A stretch of 64,000 bases of DNA from a virus: positions 4,743-68,742 of IMG/VR virus record IMGVR_UViG_3300048590_000292. One strand, 5' to 3'. Shown piece after piece: positions 35,182-44,320 of the stretch. How positions within the stretch are numbered: the stretch's first letter is position 1; each line of letters opens with the position of its first letter. The notes beneath the pieces are model-generated. The model was not told where the DNA came from. It searched no databases and saw only the letters and a list, made by a program, of their open reading frames with translations. Position numbers and translations under genes: made by a program.

Positions 35182-36426
35182 ATGCGCGAATTATCCGGCA
35201 ATGTATGGCCAACGCAATTATTAGACGGCAGCAATAACCCGATGGTTACGCTTGACCGCACCCGCGACACTCGTTATTTCGAGATGCGTACGGAGGCAAT
35301 GATGCGCTTTTTCGATAAAGTGGCAATCAAATACGGCGATGTAAACGCCGATATGCTCGGCATCTTTGGCCGGATGAATATCGGGCGCGACCTCAAAGCC
35401 CGTATCGGCTCCCTGACCACACCAAACCACCTGTTTAGCAACCGGAAAAACGGCTGCGTATGGACGCCAAAGGGCCGCGTTCGGTTGAATACTACCGAAG
35501 TGGAAACATGCCCCATCGAAGTAAACATGGAGCAATGCCCGGATGGCCTTTGGGGCGACTGCATGGAAATGCTTTTCGGCACAGGCAACGATGTACGCGA
35601 CCTTCGCGGCACACCGGAAGGCGAGGCACTGTTTCAGCAATTCCTTCGCCAGGTGTTTATCGGGATCGGAAACTCGTTTTTCATGTACACCGCTTTCTCA
35701 AATCACCCGATGATTGAGACAGCCAACACGCTCGGTTTTTATACCGGCGCAGATGACACGACAAACCCGTGGGCGGATTTCTACGATCAAATGACCTCTA
35801 CCAGTTGCGGCGGTTACGTCACAATCCTGGACGATTTGGCCGCTGAAGGAGCGCCGGGTTACGACGTTGTTATCAACGATGCCGACCTGGACGCAAATGG
35901 TAACTACACCGGCGACATTATCGCCTTCCTGGAAGGGATGAAAGAAAAGACCAAAGGCGCTTTCCGTGCTATGGTTGATTCCGAGCAAAGCGCAGGTTCG
36001 CCGCGCCCGATCTTCCTGCTTTCCCGCTCGCTTTTCAAAGCCTACCGCGAACACATCCGCACCACGTACACGGGTATCAGCGAAGGCTACCGTTTCCTGT
36101 TGTTCGGCAAAGACGGCCAGGCGGTTCGTATGCAAAACGTGCTCGACTTCGACGGTCTGCCGGTTGTGCATTGGGACGCCTCTACTTCTTTCGACAGCAT
36201 CGTGGGCAGCACGTCGCACCGGGCCGCGCTTATTGCGCCGGGTTCGTTCGGCATCGCCGCAAACGTGGACACCGCGAATCAGTATAGCGGTATGGGCATG
36301 AAATTGATCCAACGCCTCGAATCGCCTTACCAGGGCAAAATCTACCTTGACACTACACTACGCGCCGGGGCGGCAATCGCCGATACCGACTTCGTTGTGT
36401 ACGGATCGAACCTGAAGCACCCGTAA
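35182..36426 (+). CDS. Major capsid protein
   Basis: 414 aa; follows protease and scaffold; strongly biased codon usage. Confidence 0.75.
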   Translation: MRELSGNVWPTQLLDGSNNPMVTLDRTRDTRYFEMRTEAMMRFFDKVAIKYGDVNADMLGIFGRMNIGRDLKARIGSLTTPNHLFSNRKNGCVWTPKGRVRLNTTEVETCPIEVNMEQCPDGLWGDCMEMLFGTGNDVRDLRGTPEGEALFQQFLRQVFIGIGNSFFMYTAFSNHPMIETANTLGFYTGADDTTNPWADFYDQMTSTSCGGYVTILDDLAAEGAPGYDVVINDADLDANGNYTGDIIAFLEGMKEKTKGAFRAMVDSEQSAGSPRPIFLLSRSLFKAYREHIRTTYTGISEGYRFLLFGKDGQAVRMQNVLDFDGLPVVHWDASTSFDSIVGSTSHRAALIAPGSFGIAANVDTANQYSGMGMKLIQRLESPYQGKIYLDTTLRAGAAIADTDFVVYGSNLKHP

Positions 36427-36469
36427 CCGTAGGCAACCCTATTCGATAACATCGTAAAAAAATAAAGAT

Positions 36470-37027
36470 ATGGCTTGCGTACCAGTCGCACTAAATACGG
36501 GAACTTGCATAAGCGCTAACGGCGGTGCCGAATACGCCTACGCTTGTTCCTTCGATAATATCACAGCCGCAACCGTAGCGGGCGGGCTTATCACGGCCCT
36601 GACGCTTACCGATGCGCTCGTAAAACTCGTTCCGAACAAAAACCAAACCTGCCGTTTCGACGAAACAGGGGAACGCCCGAACGAGTTTTCTACCAAATTC
36701 CAGTACAATCAGGAGGGTTTCGCGTACTTCGCGGGCAAAGATAACTCGCTCAAACTTGTTGCCGACGCATATTCGCAGTGCTGCCAGTTGGTTATCTTTT
36801 GGGTGCTGAATACTGGCGCTATTGCCGTGCAGGGCGTTGAAATTGACGCGGGTACTACCCTGGGCCTTTCACCATCGAAAGAGGGTGATTGCCGTTGCAC
36901 GCCTTCGCTGCTTTCCGATACGTCGGCAAATGAGGCCCGCTTGGAACTGTTGTTCAATAGCAAATCCCGATTGGCTGCACCTTACACCGACCTGACACCG
37001 ACCGAACTTGAAGCCCTTGGCTCATAA
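36470..37027 (+). CDS. Putative major tail (tube) protein
   Basis: 185 aa, MAC...C...GG start typical of Bacteroidetes phage structural proteins; biased codons. Confidence 0.55.
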   Translation: MACVPVALNTGTCISANGGAEYAYACSFDNITAATVAGGLITALTLTDALVKLVPNKNQTCRFDETGERPNEFSTKFQYNQEGFAYFAGKDNSLKLVADAYSQCCQLVIFWVLNTGAIAVQGVEIDAGTTLGLSPSKEGDCRCTPSLLSDTSANEARLELLFNSKSRLAAPYTDLTPTELEALGS

Positions 37028-37032
37028 TTGAC

Positions 37033-37332
37033 ATGGCAAAGAAGTATATAATTGATCCGAACTATCTGGCACGACACCCGCGCTCAATGACGCTAATCCG
37101 CGTTAAGGGGCAGGCGTCGCGCCGGGTAGCAATCGGTGAAACCGACATTACTATTCCTGCCGGTATTGGCGGGCCGGAGCGCACATTGAGCCTACCGGCA
37201 CCGACACAGTACGACTTGAAAGTGTTGTACGATGCCGGAACGAAATACGTGCTTTGCATCGACGAACCGGACGAGGCAATCGAACCGACGCCGGAAATTA
37301 AGAAATGGAGCAAGAAAAAAGACAGTGAATGA
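37033..37332 (+). CDS. Hypothetical late protein
   Basis: ORF between tail tube and portal. Confidence 0.6.
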   Translation: MAKKYIIDPNYLARHPRSMTLIRVKGQASRRVAIGETDITIPAGIGGPERTLSLPAPTQYDLKVLYDAGTKYVLCIDEPDEAIEPTPEIKKWSKKKDSE

Positions 37333-38714
37333 GCAACGTAAACGGATGCTGCGATGACAATAGCCCTACCGTTTTGCCGTCGCCTAAAGAGGAGATGCGC
37401 AAGCGTAAGGCCGCACGTATGCCCGTTTTGTTTGAACTTGAAAACCCTATTCCGCAGGAAGTAGCCGACTCAAAGGAACTTTCGGAAACTATTGAAAAGT
37501 ATAAATTTGTTCCGTACGCCGGACACACGAACGGCAGCGGACATAGTACGCTCGCTTGGTATTTGATGCTGTCGAAACTCTCCCCTACAAACGGGGCAGT
37601 GATCGACAAGTTGACAAAATACGCTGTTGGTGGACGCGCTGTTTTTGTCCGGTCTGAAAACCCGGACTACGACATAGGTGAGGAAACAAACCCGCTTTCA
37701 CGGCAGGAAAAAGTAAACTACCAAGAGGCCATAACATCGTTCATTGAATTTGAGGGAGGGGTTCGCAACTATCACAGGCTAATAACGGCATCGCTGAAAG
37801 CAACCGGAAACGCCTGGGTAGAAATGTCGGTAATGACGGTCAACGGCCAAACGCGGGTACACCTACGGAACCAACGGCAAACACAGACAATGTATCTGCG
37901 TACAAAGGCTGATGAAATGCGGATGGCCGCTATTTCTCCGATTTGGACGGATGAATATTTGCGAAAAAACCCGCCGCGTATCATACCGCTTTACCCGAAT
38001 TTCACGGTAGAAAACGGCGCAAAAAAAACGCTGTTTCACCTGAAAAACGGGGATAATAACTGGTATGGCAGGCCGGACAGCCAAAGCGCCGATCTGTATA
38101 AGTACCGCGAAGTGCAGGACGCTATCTACGTTGTGAAACAGGCAGCCAACAACTTTACAGGGCAGATTGTATTCGAGGTAGAGGACGACGGGCAAGACCC
38201 GGCAATCAACGAGAATCAGGCATGGGAATCAGGGTTTAATTCTTTCGCTGACCGGATGACCGAAAACTTTACCCAACGCGGCAAAGACCCGTTAAGCGTG
38301 TTTGTCACATCTCGACCGTTTGGGGCAAAACCGATGTTTGTTTTTCAGGTAGCGCCTAACACAAACGAGAAGTGGTACAAAGAAACCGGGGCAATGTCCG
38401 AAAGTTACATTTTGGGCGCACACGGGGCAACGCTTCGCTTCATGGGAAAAGATGCGGCCAACGGGTTTTCTACCGACGCTTTTGTATCTGACTACGTGAT
38501 GAATATGGAGCCGGTTATAAATGACATACGCACGACAGTAATGGTTTTTTCAAACTCTATTCTGTCGGTTGCCTGGGAGGCTCTTGGGATGCAGCAAATG
38601 AACGACATAAGCCTTTCGTTCCAAACGCCTATACAATCAGCAATTGACGAATACAAATCGGTAAACGAAAAGAAGGAAGCAGAAAAACAAACACCGCGAA
38701 TTGAAACCGTATAA
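37329..38714 (+). CDS. Portal protein
   Basis: SPTNGAVID, GNAWVE, WYGRPD, ILGAH motifs; 461 aa. Confidence 0.8.
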   Translation: MSNVNGCCDDNSPTVLPSPKEEMRKRKAARMPVLFELENPIPQEVADSKELSETIEKYKFVPYAGHTNGSGHSTLAWYLMLSKLSPTNGAVIDKLTKYAVGGRAVFVRSENPDYDIGEETNPLSRQEKVNYQEAITSFIEFEGGVRNYHRLITASLKATGNAWVEMSVMTVNGQTRVHLRNQRQTQTMYLRTKADEMRMAAISPIWTDEYLRKNPPRIIPLYPNFTVENGAKKTLFHLKNGDNNWYGRPDSQSADLYKYREVQDAIYVVKQAANNFTGQIVFEVEDDGQDPAINENQAWESGFNSFADRMTENFTQRGKDPLSVFVTSRPFGAKPMFVFQVAPNTNEKWYKETGAMSESYILGAHGATLRFMGKDAANGFSTDAFVSDYVMNMEPVINDIRTTVMVFSNSILSVAWEALGMQQMNDISLSFQTPIQSAIDEYKSVNEKKEAEKQTPRIETV

Positions 38715-39392
38715 ATGGCAAATCTAATCACGGCATACGAGGTAAAGCGGTATTCACCAGCGGGCAGAAATTACCCGGAAGTGAATATCTGCGAAGCGAT
38801 ACCACAGGTGGAGGAGGGTATCGGGTATAAGTGCCTTGGTGAAGATTTGTACGAATGGCTCATTACGAAACTGACTGAATACCCGGCAACGGTGCAGGAA
38901 TATAACCCGACAATCGAATACGACGAAGATGAATATGTAGTGCGACATGGTTGCCTATTTGTTTCCGAAGTCGGTTGTAACCGCACCGATCCGGTTGAAG
39001 TGGAAAACGATTGGGCAGCGGTGGACAAGTTCACCGACGCCTGCGCAAACACCCTTTGGACGCGCTATTTACGCCGAATTTTGGCATTGCGCGTGTACGA
39101 AACGGTAATGTTATACGACACGCAACAAAGCGGTGCAGGTGGCGTAGTTGTCTCCCTCGGAGACGGGTACAACACAGGACACCGGGCCGCTTCAAAGTAC
39201 GAAATAGCAGACCGGGCGAAACGATTGGATGAAGATGCGAATCTGACCGTTCAAAATATGTACCGCTGGTTTGAGAAACAACTCGAAGCCAAAACGTGTA
39301 CGACAATGCCGATCAATTCGGCGCAGGCGTGTTGGCAAAGGAACTGCGAACAACCCCGCAAAGGAATACGAAGGTTTGCCTTCAAATATTGA
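38715..39392 (+). CDS. Head-tail adaptor protein
   Basis: LIT..EVK...LGEDLY pattern directly after portal; inserted EYNPT..Y...EYV module. Confidence 0.6.
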   Translation: MANLITAYEVKRYSPAGRNYPEVNICEAIPQVEEGIGYKCLGEDLYEWLITKLTEYPATVQEYNPTIEYDEDEYVVRHGCLFVSEVGCNRTDPVEVENDWAAVDKFTDACANTLWTRYLRRILALRVYETVMLYDTQQSGAGGVVVSLGDGYNTGHRAASKYEIADRAKRLDEDANLTVQNMYRWFEKQLEAKTCTTMPINSAQACWQRNCEQPRKGIRRFAFKY

Positions 39393-39394
39393 GT

Positions 39395-39694
39395 ATGACA
39401 ATAGCAGATGAAATAAAACACTACTTAGCGTCAAAAGTGATCGTTAAGGAAAAGGTAGACGACGAAACGGCAGACACCAGGTTTGATATTTGCCTGAAGT
39501 GTGAGTACCGAAATGCCGACGAAAATAAGTGTATAATTTGCACCTGTTTTCTTGACCTCAAAACCGGGAGCCGGGTTAATTGGCGACCGGCAAAGAACCG
39601 AAACGAAATAACACACTGCCCTGAGGGCAGGTGGAACGACAAAGAAATTGCGAATCATTACCGGGCCTTAGATGGTCTGAAACCGCTAACATAA
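39395..39694 (+). CDS. Small Cys-rich Zn-binding protein
   Basis: R..IC.KC...C.IC.C.L..K...CP..RW. Confidence 0.65.
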   Translation: MTIADEIKHYLASKVIVKEKVDDETADTRFDICLKCEYRNADENKCIICTCFLDLKTGSRVNWRPAKNRNEITHCPEGRWNDKEIANHYRALDGLKPLT

Positions 39695-39707
39695 AACAAA
39701 TATTACA

Positions 39708-40394
39708 ATGTACAGACCAATAGCAAATTCCGGTCAAAATGCCAACAACGCGCTAAAGCGTTACGCCGATGACGATGTTTGTTGCAATTCCTACCCGGAC
39801 GCCTGCCAATACGACGTTACCATTGCCACGGCGGCAACGGTCAATAACGTGAAATTCAAGCGCACCGCAGATGGCGAAACGATTACCAAAACTTTCACCG
39901 CCGCAGGTGGCACCGCCGTAGTGGCTGCCCTGAAAGCCGCTTTCGTTGCCGAAGGGTACGAAAACGACGGCGATGTGATCGTTGACGTAACGAGCGAGGT
40001 GGACGGCTCCAATACGATCTACCACATTACCGGCGCTCTCATTGTTGTTTCGATGACCCACACGACAAACACCGTTGTAACGGCTACCGAAAAATGCAAC
40101 CGGGTCGGTATCTGTGATTTCTATATCACTACCGCCGGGGGCGCTGCAAACGTCTTTGGCGTGGACGGCACCGACCAAGACCTCGGTTCTTTGGTTATCG
40201 GCGACGATAATGCCGCCGCTGTTGTGGCTGCTATCGAAGGCGCTACCGCATGGCCGTCCGGTTACACGGTTGCAGTTACCGAAGATGCCGACTTGTATTA
40301 CATAACGATCAACGGCCCCGGCACGGTCGTATTTACATGGAACGGTGACCAATTCGCAAAGCAGGATTGTGTCGCAGGTTACATCGCTGTTTAA
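39708..40394 (+). CDS. Putative virion structural or decoration protein
   Basis: Thr/Ala/Val-rich two-domain beta protein; terminator follows. Confidence 0.55.
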   Translation: MYRPIANSGQNANNALKRYADDDVCCNSYPDACQYDVTIATAATVNNVKFKRTADGETITKTFTAAGGTAVVAALKAAFVAEGYENDGDVIVDVTSEVDGSNTIYHITGALIVVSMTHTTNTVVTATEKCNRVGICDFYITTAGGAANVFGVDGTDQDLGSLVIGDDNAAAVVAAIEGATAWPSGYTVAVTEDADLYYITINGPGTVVFTWNGDQFAKQDCVAGYIAV

Positions 40395-40422
40395 GGCTCC
40401 AGTCTTTCGTTATTATATTCAT

Positions 40423-40465
40423 AAGCCCGTCCCTGCTATTTTTCACGGCGGGTACGGGCTTTTTT
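40423..40465 (+). terminator. Rho-independent terminator
   Basis: aagcccgt...acgggctt followed by a T-run. Confidence 0.65.
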
Positions 40466-40478
40466 CTTTGATTTCAAT

Positions 40479-40841
40479 ATGCCGACCGTATCGTACAAGG
40501 TTCCTGAATTAATATTGGAGGATTTCCCGCACGGGGATACGCTCGACCTGTTTTTTGATGAGGTGACCGACGAAGATACCGGCGATCCAATCGACTTGAC
40601 TGCAGGGTATGCCGCTGAACAACGGTTTGAGGAAAAGGACGGCACCGAAGTGGTAACGCTAAACGATGCCGACGGAATAACCTTGGGTAACGGTACATTA
40701 CAGATAGTTACCGAAACAACGACATGGCCGCAAAACTGCACAATCTATTCAGATTTGCAATTTACCGCGCCGGGGGGCAATACGGAAACGTGGATAAAGA
40801 TCATCGTAAAACTTAGAAAAACGATAACAACGCCGACCTAA
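40479..40841 (+). CDS. BppU N-terminal-like baseplate/fibre adaptor
   Basis: GDT...PIDLT..Y...Y.DLQ Ig-like pattern. Confidence 0.5.
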   Translation: MPTVSYKVPELILEDFPHGDTLDLFFDEVTDEDTGDPIDLTAGYAAEQRFEEKDGTEVVTLNDADGITLGNGTLQIVTETTTWPQNCTIYSDLQFTAPGGNTETWIKIIVKLRKTITTPT

Positions 40842-41338
40842 TGCCAGCAGCAAAAATATACGTTCAAAGCCCGAACTACTCCCTTACGCTAAGGCAGCCG
40901 CGATATACAATGAATCTGGCAAGGGGTACACAAGGCCCGCCGGGCGAAGCGGATAAGCGCATGGGCGGCGTGCTGTTGTCAGACCCAAACGCGGCGTTGT
41001 TTTCAGCGGGAAATACAAAGGCGTTTATCCGTATTCCGGTTGAATTGAACGGCATGAGCCTTGTCACGGTGGGCGCTTCCTGCTCAACGGCGGCAAGTTC
41101 TGGATTGACCACCATACAATACCGGCGCGTCCGGGCCGCTGTTGCCGACGTAGATATGCTAAGCACACCGATTACATTAGACGCGAACGAAATAGACAGC
41201 GCAACGGCGGCAACCCCGCCGGTTATAAATGCATCAAACCGCCTGGTACAAACCGGCGATCAAATACACTTCGACGTAGACACAGCCGGAACGGGTGTTT
41301 TGGGTGTCTTTGTCTCATTCACTTTTGACACAATTTAG
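40841..41338 (+). CDS. Short tail fibre-associated protein
   Basis: GTQGPPG collagen-like linker, then a jelly-roll-like domain ([11 protein letters not shown]). Confidence 0.5.
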   Translation: MPAAKIYVQSPNYSLTLRQPRYTMNLARGTQGPPGEADKRMGGVLLSDPNAALFSAGNTKAFIRIPVELNGMSLVTVGASCSTAASSGLTTIQYRRVRAAVADVDMLSTPITLDANEIDSATAATPPVINASNRLVQTGDQIHFDVDTAGTGVLGVFVSFTFDTI

Positions 41339-41343
41339 AAAAC

Positions 41344-41754
41344 ATGGCATCATTTAACAAGTTTCAGCCGTTCGTCGAACAACTCGCAGAAAAGGTGCAT
41401 AACCTCGGCAGTGATCAAATCGTTGTTGCCCTGACCAACACGGCACCCAACGCCACAGACGGCGTTCTTACAGACATTACAGAGATCAGTTATACTAACT
41501 GCTCCAGCCGGAACGTCACGACAACTTCCAGCGCGCAAACCACAGGCACGTACAAACTCGTTTTGGCCGACCTGGTATTGACCGCTTCGGGCGGGTCGGT
41601 TGGCCCGTTTCGGTACGTGGTATTGTACAACGATACAGCCGCGTCTGATCAACTTATCGGGTATTACGACTACGGTTCATCCCTGACCCTTTTGGACGGC
41701 GAAACCTTAACCATCGACTTTGATCCGTCCGCCGGGGTATTGACAATCGCGTAA
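41344..41754 (+). CDS. Virion structural protein (fibre module)
   Basis: [12 protein letters not shown]...LIGYYDYG...GET.TIDF motif. Confidence 0.55.
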   Translation: MASFNKFQPFVEQLAEKVHNLGSDQIVVALTNTAPNATDGVLTDITEISYTNCSSRNVTTTSSAQTTGTYKLVLADLVLTASGGSVGPFRYVVLYNDTAASDQLIGYYDYGSSLTLLDGETLTIDFDPSAGVLTIA

Positions 41755-41756
41755 TT

Positions 41757-43853
41757 ATGGCCTACACCAACGGCGTTTTTAGGATAGACTTAGTGAGCGG
41801 TTCGGACGCAGCCCGAACCGCTCTAACCTCTTGCACGGCTTCTAACCCGTCCGGGTCTATTACGAATATTCAAAAAACAGCGCATGGCCTTGTTACCGGC
41901 GCGGTCGTTGATCTTACGCTGTTCACGGCGTGGCTGAATAGCGCGTGGAAGATTACCGTTGTTGATGCGGATAATTTCACGCTCGATGACGCTACATGGC
42001 AGGCTACTGCCGATACTTCCGGCACAGTCACGCCTCGCGGCGGGTCATCATGGTCGGACGCCTGGTTAACCATAGGTAGCGGCGCAACGGCGGCACGTAT
42101 TCAGCCTGGGGATGAAATGCGGATTTCCAAAACTGCCGATCCGGTTTCGCTGGGGCAAGATGCGACTTGGACGGACGGAAGTCAGACGGTCACGCTTACA
42201 ACGGCGGTGACGAAAAAAATAGATGATTCAGCGGGGAGTACGTGGACGGTTTCAGCAAACATAACAGGAAGTTCAAACACGAGCCGTAAAATAGGGGCAA
42301 ACGCACAAGTTTTGACGCCTGCAACAGGATTTACAACGGGGAAAGTGGCCTACATACTTATTGCGGGCGGCGGAACGGAAGACTTCTCAGCGTATGAGAA
42401 AATATGTTTTTGGTTTCGGCCAACTTCAAATGCTGTAATAGCCGCAAGTACATATAAGATTTGCCTTTGTTCCGATGCGACAGGCGACACAATTGTAAAT
42501 GAAATAAATATACCGGCAACACTGAATAACACGGGTTGGCACATAATGGAACTGGACTATGGTGCGGCGCTTGGGTCGTCTATTCAGTCCGTAGCAATAT
42601 ACGCAAACAGCGATCCGGGAACGACGGCTTTTTCTATAAACAACATTTTTGCTACAAATGACCTGTCGCTAAAAACCCTGATCGGGAAAACCGGCGATGT
42701 AAACTATAATATCCAGTCGATTGACGGTACAACGATAAAAATAGACAGCAACAACACGGCGGCAACCGGGCGGGGGTATTCAGGCGCAACCTCGACAGAA
42801 ACTTTGTATTATCGCGTTCCTTTTGATGTGACGACTACCGGATCATGGGCAATAATGAACGAAAACGGTGCCGCAACATCGCCGTACAATCATTACATAG
42901 GAGGCTATAATACAACTAATGATACGCGTGACGGAGTAACTTGCATAGCAAGCGCTTTAGTAGGTGTAGGAACGTCGATTACCTGTTTTAATTTTTGTAA
43001 ATTATCATATTTTACAATAGCGAGATTTAGTATAATTTCTGTTAGTTCGGCAAATAATCTTGCAATATCGGACACGGTGTTTTGCGGCGGTGCTGGAACT
43101 TTTAGCACTTCGACTATCGCGATTACCCTTATTAATTGCAAATTTCTTAATCTGTCGGCCACTCCAACAATTTATGGAGGTGAATGTGTTTTTTTAAATT
43201 GTGAGTTCAGAAATATATCATCAACTGCAATTGCGGGTTACCCGGCACAGGAGTTTATTTCTTGCACATTTGCCAATAACACCACCGCGTCAATAGCAAT
43301 TTCAGATGGGGAAAGGAGGGGAACTGGGGCTGTGTTGCTGCGCAATTGCATACTATTGGACACAACAGAGATATTATCCACATCGAACAGATACTCATTC
43401 GCTTGGTCATACAACCACGACGACACACCCGGAAATCATTGGGGATTCACGAATGGAGCAACGATCAATATGCAATCTTCTGTTGTACACAGCGCCGAGC
43501 CTGTGGCGTGGAAATTCACGCTAAGTAGTTCCGCAAGTGGACAATACAGGCCCGCGACATTACGATTAGGCCCGTTTCCTGTCGAGGCTTCTGCACTTGT
43601 AACCGTAACCGCATGGATAAAAAAAGACCATGCAACCAACGTAGGCGCAAAACTTTACGTGCAAGATGAACTATACAACATCGATGGCGTAGTTGCTGAC
43701 AGCGCGACAAAGGCAGATGATACCAGTTGGGAGGAGTTAACCATAACTTTCACACCGACAGAGGCGGGCGTAGTTCCGGTTTTTGTGGATGCTTGGTATG
43801 CAGATGGGGCATCTAACGTGTACGTGGGAAGTATAACTTTAACACAAGCATGA
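41757..43853 (+). CDS. Tail fibre/spike protein with central beta-helix and C-terminal carbohydrate-binding-like domain
   Basis: GSSWSDAWLTI...PGD; NC.F repeats; WEELTITFTPT.AG. Confidence 0.6.
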   Translation: MAYTNGVFRIDLVSGSDAARTALTSCTASNPSGSITNIQKTAHGLVTGAVVDLTLFTAWLNSAWKITVVDADNFTLDDATWQATADTSGTVTPRGGSSWSDAWLTIGSGATAARIQPGDEMRISKTADPVSLGQDATWTDGSQTVTLTTAVTKKIDDSAGSTWTVSANITGSSNTSRKIGANAQVLTPATGFTTGKVAYILIAGGGTEDFSAYEKICFWFRPTSNAVIAASTYKICLCSDATGDTIVNEINIPATLNNTGWHIMELDYGAALGSSIQSVAIYANSDPGTTAFSINNIFATNDLSLKTLIGKTGDVNYNIQSIDGTTIKIDSNNTAATGRGYSGATSTETLYYRVPFDVTTTGSWAIMNENGAATSPYNHYIGGYNTTNDTRDGVTCIASALVGVGTSITCFNFCKLSYFTIARFSIISVSSANNLAISDTVFCGGAGTFSTSTIAITLINCKFLNLSATPTIYGGECVFLNCEFRNISSTAIAGYPAQEFISCTFANNTTASIAISDGERRGTGAVLLRNCILLDTTEILSTSNRYSFAWSYNHDDTPGNHWGFTNGATINMQSSVVHSAEPVAWKFTLSSSASGQYRPATLRLGPFPVEASALVTVTAWIKKDHATNVGAKLYVQDELYNIDGVVADSATKADDTSWEELTITFTPTEAGVVPVFVDAWYADGASNVYVGSITLTQA

Positions 43854-44320
43854 TAGTAGAGCAATATACGGACATGGCCGGCAAATGGCGGGTGTTGTGG
43901 CAATCGGACACGACGGGGCAAACGTATAATTTCAAGTTCGCTGAAGAGCCGACAGAACAACAATTGCAGGCACTTTCAGACGCGAATGATACGGCGGCAA
44001 CGGTCAACGCTGTGCAGCCGCTTTCGTTTTCGATTCTGGAACACCGGGAAGTGTTGATCGAATTGGTACGCCGTGTAAAGGCTTCGCCAAATACGACGCT
44101 TGCACAGTACAACAACTACTTAGGCACATTGCCCTGGTATGAGGCGGCTATCATTCGGACGTTCGTTTTCCTGCTCGCTTCGCGCCTTGCAGAAAAGCAA
44201 GATGTATCCCTGGCAAGCCTGACAGAAAATACCGTATTCGTTGCCGTTCGGAACTTCTTAGCCGACACGCCTACATGGAAATTGGCCCGGTTGATCCTGG
44301 GTGAAAATGATATTCAATAA
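43850..44320 (+). CDS. Hypothetical fibre-module protein
   Basis: Coupled ORF. Confidence 0.6.
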   Translation: MIVEQYTDMAGKWRVLWQSDTTGQTYNFKFAEEPTEQQLQALSDANDTAATVNAVQPLSFSILEHREVLIELVRRVKASPNTTLAQYNNYLGTLPWYEAAIIRTFVFLLASRLAEKQDVSLASLTENTVFVAVRNFLADTPTWKLARLILGENDIQ

